Assembly (NCBI GenBank): GCA_964583985.1
Contig: CAZOYD010000090.1
Span: forward strand, 1 to 11,455
Source of the DNA: an uncultured archaeon
GTDB taxonomy: Archaea; Asgardarchaeota; Lokiarchaeia; Sigyniarchaeales; SOKP01
DNA: 11,455 bases
Direction of reading: 5' to 3'
Part shown: piece by piece, positions 6,056 to 11,455 of the stretch
Position numbering within the stretch: position 1 is the first letter of the stretch
Layout of the letters: every line of letters starts with the position of its first letter
Position numbers and translations under genes: made by a program
Notes under the pieces: generated by a model
Told to the model about the DNA's origin: nothing
The model's database searches: none
Seen by the model: only the letters and a program-made list of their open reading frames with translations

Positions 6056-8416
6056 TCATTTTCGATTATGATAAATTTCGTCCAATTGATTACTTATCAT
6101 CTTAATAATTTGTTTTACTTGGTCTAATTGATTAGTAAATTCTTCTTTGAGACTTTGGTCAATATCAATTGCTTTTTCAAGGTGATAAATTGCCTTATCA
6201 TAGTCCATTTTTCCAAAATATTCTGATGCCAGAAAAAGCCAAGCGTGGGATAAATTAGGATCGAATTCTATTGCTTTTAAATATGAAATTATGGCTTCTT
6301 CGTGTTGCAACTTGCTTTTTAACACATTTCCCTTATTATAATACGCTTCAGCAAAGTCAGGTTTGTATTTTATTGCTTGTTCATATGCTGCTAATGCAGC
6401 ATCGAATTCACTTTTTTTTTCATGGGTAAAACCTACAAGATTCCAAGATTCTGAATGGTCTGGTTTCAGATCTATTGCTTTCCTGAGAGATTGTCTCGCT
6501 ACATCATAATCTTTTTTGCGGATATTAGCAATCCCAATGTGATAATAAGCATCAATAAATGCATTATCCAATTCTAGAGCTTTTTCACAGCTTTTAATTG
6601 CATCTTCGAACCTTTTCTCTAAAATTTCAATTCTCGCTTTTTTAATTAATTCATTTTTATAATGAAATCTAATTGGGACTCTATTTTTAAATTCAGGGCT
6701 CTCAATGAGTTCATGAACTTTCATCGCATTTTCAAAATTTTCAAAACCTTTTTCAAATTCTTTATTATCAGATAATTGCACGCCCTTTTCGACTATTAGC
6801 TTAATTTCTGAGAAATGAACCTCATCAATTGATCGTTTAATTTTATCCATTTCTTCATATCGACGATTAATATCATCGATTGTTTTAGCATATTCCATCT
6901 TTTTATTTAATTTTTCAAGATCTTTCTCGAATTTTTTTTGTTCCTCTGTTAGATCTCCCCGCCCTACCAAGTCTTTTAGCTCAGCTTGATAAATCAAACT
7001 TTTAATTTTACTCACTTCTTGATCCATTTCTGTAGTGAGATACATTTTATCAGTCATCTTGAGCGCATCATTGAAGAGATCGATTGCTTTGTCATAATCT
7101 TTTTGATTTAAGGAGCTTTGACCTTCATTGAGAATTTCATCGATTTGCATGATATAAACTTTATTTACAGAACTTTTTAAATCATTGAAAACTTCATTAC
7201 TCCCTTCAGGTACAGCCATTCTTTTCGCTATACTGATTGCTGCGTATAATTCATTGACGGCTTCTTCAAAATGCCTTTGCGCGATTTCTTGAAAGGATCT
7301 ATCTTTTAGTAAGTTAATCCTTGTTTGACATGTTTTATTAATCAAATCCACAATTTCTTGAACTTTTTGAGCTTTATCTTCAGCATCAGCCATTTTTTCT
7401 GAAATATCAAGTGCCTTTTCAAAGATATCAATAGCTTCGTTTACAATAGTCACATCTTCCTGGTAAAATTCTTTTATGATTAATTCTTTTCCTTTATCTA
7501 AAATTGGCTTGATCCTTTCTAAGAATATGGGATTTATTGATTTTGCTGCTGTAGAGTTGATTTTTTCAATTTCTTTATCTTTTCCTAATGATGGAAACAT
7601 TTGACTTGCTAGTTCTAAAGCGTTTTCATATTTTTTAACGCTTTCTTCAAATCGATTTTCATGAAATAATTTATCTCCTTCTTCCAGTACTGGTTTAATG
7701 GAAATTACATGAAGCTGATTTATTAAATTTTTTATCTTATTAATTTCAGATGATTTTAAATCAGATTCAAAGAATTTATCGGTAATTTTAAGAGCTTCTT
7801 GGCAGGAGTTTAGTGCTTCTCCTATAATATTGTCATCTTTTAATTTATTACATTGTTCTATTAATAATCTTGTTTGTATCATATAAACTTGATTAATAGA
7901 ATTCTTTATTTCAGTTATTTGTTTATTATCCGGATCATTTGCATAAAATTTTTCTGCTTGTACTAAGGTATCTTTCAATAAACTGATAGAGATATCATAT
8001 CTGCCTTCATCCCTTATTATTTTTGCTTTATGGATTGATTCATCAAATTTAGTTTTGTTAATAAGGTAATTAATTTGCTCGATTTCATAAGTTCGCATTT
8101 CTATATCTTCAATCTTGTCAGCAATCCTCATGGCTTCATCCAATATTTGGTAAGCTTCTGCAAAATTTTGGTTATTAACATTATCACTCATTCTGTCTAC
8201 ATAATCAATAATCTCAATTGAATAAACTTGATCTATTTGTGAACGTATGCTTTTTAACTCGTCTTCTTTATCTGCAAGTTCTTTAACCTTAGTCTCAACG
8301 AAATTTAAAGCTTCAAAATATTTTTCAATTGCTATATTATATCTTTTTTCATTTTTGAAATTGTTTCCTTCTTGCATTATTGAATTAAGTTTCTTTAAAT
8401 CTTGTTTCTTAACCAT
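6056..8416 (-). CDS. Large alpha-helical repeat protein: ~10 N-terminal ~58-aa repeats plus ~5 canonical C-terminal TPRs
   Basis: The C-terminal 34-aa TPRs include AYYHIGIA...AIDLKPDH, SWNLVGFT...AIKYKPDF, AYYNKGNV...AIEFDPNL and AWLFLASEY...AIDID. The N-terminal ~590 aa shows a recurring pattern Gxxxxxxxx[FY]xxAxxxxxxAL...ExxxIxxxIxxx[YH]. Confidence 0.85.
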   Translation of the reverse strand: MVKKQDLKKLNSIMQEGNNFKNEKRYNIAIEKYFEALNFVETKVKELADKEDELKSIRSQIDQVYSIEIIDYVDRMSDNVNNQNFAEAYQILDEAMRIADKIEDIEMRTYEIEQINYLINKTKFDESIHKAKIIRDEGRYDISISLLKDTLVQAEKFYANDPDNKQITEIKNSINQVYMIQTRLLIEQCNKLKDDNIIGEALNSCQEALKITDKFFESDLKSSEINKIKNLINQLHVISIKPVLEEGDKLFHENRFEESVKKYENALELASQMFPSLGKDKEIEKINSTAAKSINPIFLERIKPILDKGKELIIKEFYQEDVTIVNEAIDIFEKALDISEKMADAEDKAQKVQEIVDLINKTCQTRINLLKDRSFQEIAQRHFEEAVNELYAAISIAKRMAVPEGSNEVFNDLKSSVNKVYIMQIDEILNEGQSSLNQKDYDKAIDLFNDALKMTDKMYLTTEMDQEVSKIKSLIYQAELKDLVGRGDLTEEQKKFEKDLEKLNKKMEYAKTIDDINRRYEEMDKIKRSIDEVHFSEIKLIVEKGVQLSDNKEFEKGFENFENAMKVHELIESPEFKNRVPIRFHYKNELIKKARIEILEKRFEDAIKSCEKALELDNAFIDAYYHIGIANIRKKDYDVARQSLRKAIDLKPDHSESWNLVGFTHEKKSEFDAALAAYEQAIKYKPDFAEAYYNKGNVLKSKLQHEEAIISYLKAIEFDPNLSHAWLFLASEYFGKMDYDKAIYHLEKAIDIDQSLKEEFTNQLDQVKQIIKMISNQLDEIYHNRK

Positions 8417-8602
8417 CTGGTATCGCTTTTAGTGGTTTAATGTATCATTCTACTTATTTTATCTTAATCCTTAGAATTAATTGAAATATTTTAAACTTTT
8501 GCCCAAGCACGAACAGAGTATCTTTTTATTGATAGCATTAAGGTTTATGAATCAGTTTATATTCTTCTTATGTAATTTTATTTAGATGTAAATGAATGAA
8601 TA

Positions 8603-10207
8603 TTGATTTCGAAAATTTTTTTTAATGGTCCTATTATTACAATGGAGGATAACCTTCCATCTGTAGAAGCTGTTGGGATAAAAGCCGATAAAATAATAGC
8701 TCTTGGCAAGCTCGAAGAAGTAAAAGTACAAGTTGGAAACGAACATTCCTTAGTTGATCTTAAAGGATATACCTTGATGCCAGGATTTATAGATTGTCAT
8801 CTCCACCCAATTTTATTCGTATTTTATCAAGTAAGCCCCGATGTATCAGAAGTAACAAGCTTACCAGAACTTCAGAGAGCTCTAAAGGAAGCAGTTAAAG
8901 GAAAACCGACTGATAGATTAGTCATTGCTTTAAACCTTTCCGAAGAAAAATTAGAAAATCCAATCCTACCAACAAAATGGGATTTAGATGAGGCTTGTCC
9001 TGACCATCCCGTATTTGTTTTACGCTATGACGGCCATATCGGAATAGCAAATTCGAAAGCTCTCAAATTAGCAGGAATTGATGAGAACACACCTATACCC
9101 GAAGGAGGTGAAATCCGAAGAGATGAGAGCGGAGAATTATCTGGAATAATTTCTGAAACTGCTGTATCCCCAATATTGTCTAAAGTTTCATTTCCAGCGG
9201 GTAAGGAATTATCCGAGGCTGCTACAAAAGCTTTTAATTACTTAGCCTCTCAAGGATTGACATCTCTCCATGGTATCCTTCATTCTGACGCCGGAGGAGA
9301 ATTTGGTGATTTTGGAGTGGTCGAGATTCCCTTACTCAAGTCAATACAATCTAAAATTTATCAAAATTGGTATGTAATTGTTAATAGTGATAAACCTAAG
9401 AAACTGAAGAGATTAAAAAAACCTCCTTTAGATGGAGGTAATATAGAAAGCCAGTTCAAATTAGGGTGTTATAAATTATATTTGGACGGAACTTTTGGAG
9501 CCAAGACTGCGTGCATGTTTGAACCGTTCACGGATGAACCGGGAACCTGTGGATTTTGCGTCGTTGAAATAGATGATATATATGAAAAAATGAAAATTGC
9601 TCATGAAGAAGGCTTTCAGATCTGCATTCACGCAATAGGTGATAAAGGAAATCGTATTGCTGTTGATTTATATAAAAGATTATTACTAGAATCACCCCGT
9701 GAGAATCACAGACATAGAATTGAGCATGCTTCAATGCTAACAAAAGACGTCCTTGAAGACATGGCTAAATATAATATTATCGCTTCTTGTCAACCTCAAT
9801 TCATTAACTCCGAATACGGATGGCTAGAAAAACGCTTGGGTAGAGAACGCTGTAAATATACTTATCCCATGAAATCAATACTTGATGCTGGTGTTTTATT
9901 GATCTCAGGTTCTGATTGCCCCGTTGAAGATCCAAGCGTTATTATGGGTTTACATGCCTTAGTAAATCGAAATGAATTTGTTCCTGAAGAGAGAATAAAC
10001 ATGAAAGATGCATTAAAAACATTCACGATTGATGCAGCATATGGGTCTTTTGAAGAAGATCTAAAAGGGAGCATTAAAGTTGGGAAATTTGCTGATTTTG
10101 TAATATTGAATAAGAACCCTTTAAAAATTCCCATTGACAAAATTAAGGAACTTCAAGTAATGGAAACCATCATTCGAGGTAAAACTGTATTTAAAAAGAA
10201 GGAGTAA
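8603..10207 (+). CDS. Metal-dependent amidohydrolase (Amidohydro_3, YtcJ/NfdA-like)
   Basis: Motifs FFNGPIITM, PGFIDCHLH (HxH metal site), KLYLDGTFG, IHAIGD, HRIEHAS, GSDCPVE and GSIKVGKFADFVIL. The TTG start is bounded by an in-frame TGA at 8597-8599. Confidence 0.92.
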   Translation: MISKIFFNGPIITMEDNLPSVEAVGIKADKIIALGKLEEVKVQVGNEHSLVDLKGYTLMPGFIDCHLHPILFVFYQVSPDVSEVTSLPELQRALKEAVKGKPTDRLVIALNLSEEKLENPILPTKWDLDEACPDHPVFVLRYDGHIGIANSKALKLAGIDENTPIPEGGEIRRDESGELSGIISETAVSPILSKVSFPAGKELSEAATKAFNYLASQGLTSLHGILHSDAGGEFGDFGVVEIPLLKSIQSKIYQNWYVIVNSDKPKKLKRLKKPPLDGGNIESQFKLGCYKLYLDGTFGAKTACMFEPFTDEPGTCGFCVVEIDDIYEKMKIAHEEGFQICIHAIGDKGNRIAVDLYKRLLLESPRENHRHRIEHASMLTKDVLEDMAKYNIIASCQPQFINSEYGWLEKRLGRERCKYTYPMKSILDAGVLLISGSDCPVEDPSVIMGLHALVNRNEFVPEERINMKDALKTFTIDAAYGSFEEDLKGSIKVGKFADFVILNKNPLKIPIDKIKELQVMETIIRGKTVFKKKE

Positions 10208-10211
10208 GAGA

Positions 10212-11015
10212 TTAGGATGAATCCTCATTGATGAAATCCATGATTATTTTGTTTACTTTATCAGGTTCTTCAACATTAAATCCATGCCCTGTCCTTTCTA
10301 TTATTTTTAATATCGAATTTGGTATTTTTTCATGGAGTAACTCTGAGTGATGAAGACCAAGAATAATCCTGTCTTCATCACCGACCAATATCATTGTAGG
10401 TTGTGTTATTTTGGATAATTGATTTCGAGTATCATGATCTCTTATTGCTGCTCCTTGATTAATATAATCTTGAAGTCTAGTAGGATCCTCCATAAAATTT
10501 TTCTTCAGAATTTCATATGTTTGAATATCTTTTTTCAGTTTTTTTCTAAATGGTCTTGAGTATAAAGCAGCTACTCGAACTTTAAACTTTTGTTCAAGCG
10601 TGCTATTTTCCATTTCTTTTTGTGACTCGATAACGTTCGAAACCTCCTCATGATATGCGGTGGTAGCACACAGAATTAAATTTTTTACTATTTCGGGATA
10701 CTTCAAAACAAAATGTTGAGCAATCATTCCTCCCATTGAAATTCCACAAAGTGTAATTTTTTCTTTAATCTCAAGATGATCCAAGAGTGCTTTTATGTCA
10801 TCGATGTACATTTTCATCATATATGGATAATCTGGTCGAGAACTTTTACCCACACCTCGATTATGAAGTGTCATTACTTGCATTCTTTTACTGAAGAATG
10901 GAATTTGAAAAATCCAGCTATTCTTACTTCCTAAACCGCTTATCAAGAATAAAGGTTTACCAATTCCTTCATTAATGTAATAAAGATCTAACCCGTCATG
11001 TTTGAAAAAAGGCAT
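10212..11015 (-). CDS. Alpha/beta-fold hydrolase (PcaD/3-oxoadipate enol-lactonase-like serine hydrolase)
   Basis: Nucleophile elbow GISMGG, acid residue in VGDEDRI, catalytic His in TGHG, plus NRGVGKS. An SD-like GAGGA lies ~8 nt upstream of the ATG. Confidence 0.9.
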   Translation of the reverse strand: MPFFKHDGLDLYYINEGIGKPLFLISGLGSKNSWIFQIPFFSKRMQVMTLHNRGVGKSSRPDYPYMMKMYIDDIKALLDHLEIKEKITLCGISMGGMIAQHFVLKYPEIVKNLILCATTAYHEEVSNVIESQKEMENSTLEQKFKVRVAALYSRPFRKKLKKDIQTYEILKKNFMEDPTRLQDYINQGAAIRDHDTRNQLSKITQPTMILVGDEDRIILGLHHSELLHEKIPNSILKIIERTGHGFNVEEPDKVNKIIMDFINEDSS

Positions 11016-11077
11016 TATTTATTTCCTCTTTTAAGTTTTATAATTTTCTAAAATTTGGGACGATAACCTATTTTTAT

Positions 11078-11455
11078 TCAATCTGTGAAGTATAAATGTT
11101 CATCAAAGCCGGTTTCTGCAATAAGATCTTGTCCAAGCTTTTGAATAGCTTTTTTAGTTGGATGTTGAAGGATTTTCCGTGCGATATTTATGATTTTTGT
11201 TAACTTTTCATCAGAAAAATCTTTAATTACATTATCATAACGTGAAAAATCAATTCCTGCAGTAAAAACACCAGCATCACCGTGACCTGCACTAGAAGAT
11301 ACTTGCCAATGCTCTACTTTCAATTCAATTTTGGAGAGCAAAAAACTGGATGAAAACCATTCAATAATTAGTTCCATTCGTTTTGATTTACGTTTAGTCA
11401 ATTTCAACATTTTAAGAGCACGTTGCAATCTATCAGGATGCATTTGTAGGAAAAT
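11078..11455 (-). CDS. Hypothetical protein, probably the C-terminal part of a gene entering from the right edge
   Basis: The frame stays open upstream of ATG11443 to the window end (IFLQ-MHPD...). Composition is protein-like, it is co-oriented with the hydrolase, and I recognise no family. Confidence 0.6.
   Translation of the reverse strand: MFLQMHPDRLQRALKMLKLTKRKSKRMELIIEWFSSSFLLSKIELKVEHWQVSSSAGHGDAGVFTAGIDFSRYDNVIKDFSDEKLTKIINIARKILQHPTKKAIQKLGQDLIAETGFDEHLYFTD

Noticed and set aside
3773-10140. Other short overlapping ORFs (3773-4021, 4885-5103, 5239-5469, 5642-5833, 8247-8432, 9528-9743, 9862-10140)
   Set aside because: They are antisense shadows of well-supported genes.

Overview
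AT-rich (roughly 30% GC by eye), gene-dense prokaryotic window that looks like an Asgard archaeon (Lokiarchaeia-like). This placement is inferred from a longin+roadblock fusion protein, a divergent geranylgeranyl-reductase-family flavoprotein and short TATA-like leaders. In order, it holds the start of a minus-strand gene at the left edge, a decayed 5' fragment of a beta-mannosidase gene (249-415, absent from the ORF track), an MntP-type Mn2+ efflux pump, an intact GH2 beta-mannosidase, the longin-roadblock protein, the GGR-like FAD oxidoreductase, a large helical-repeat/TPR protein (minus), a YtcJ-like amidohydrolase, an alpha/beta hydrolase (minus) and a probably truncated hypothetical gene. 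The main observations are (1) a relic of a diverged beta-mannosidase 5' end, so that mntP sits between a dead copy and the live gene; (2) a 786-aa protein made of ~10 tandem ~58-aa MIT-like repeats capped by canonical TPRs; (3) the longin-roadblock fusion; and (4) an 8-bp-periodic alternating AATCA/TGATT palindromic element between two convergent genes. I saw no rRNA, tRNA, CRISPR array or transposase.
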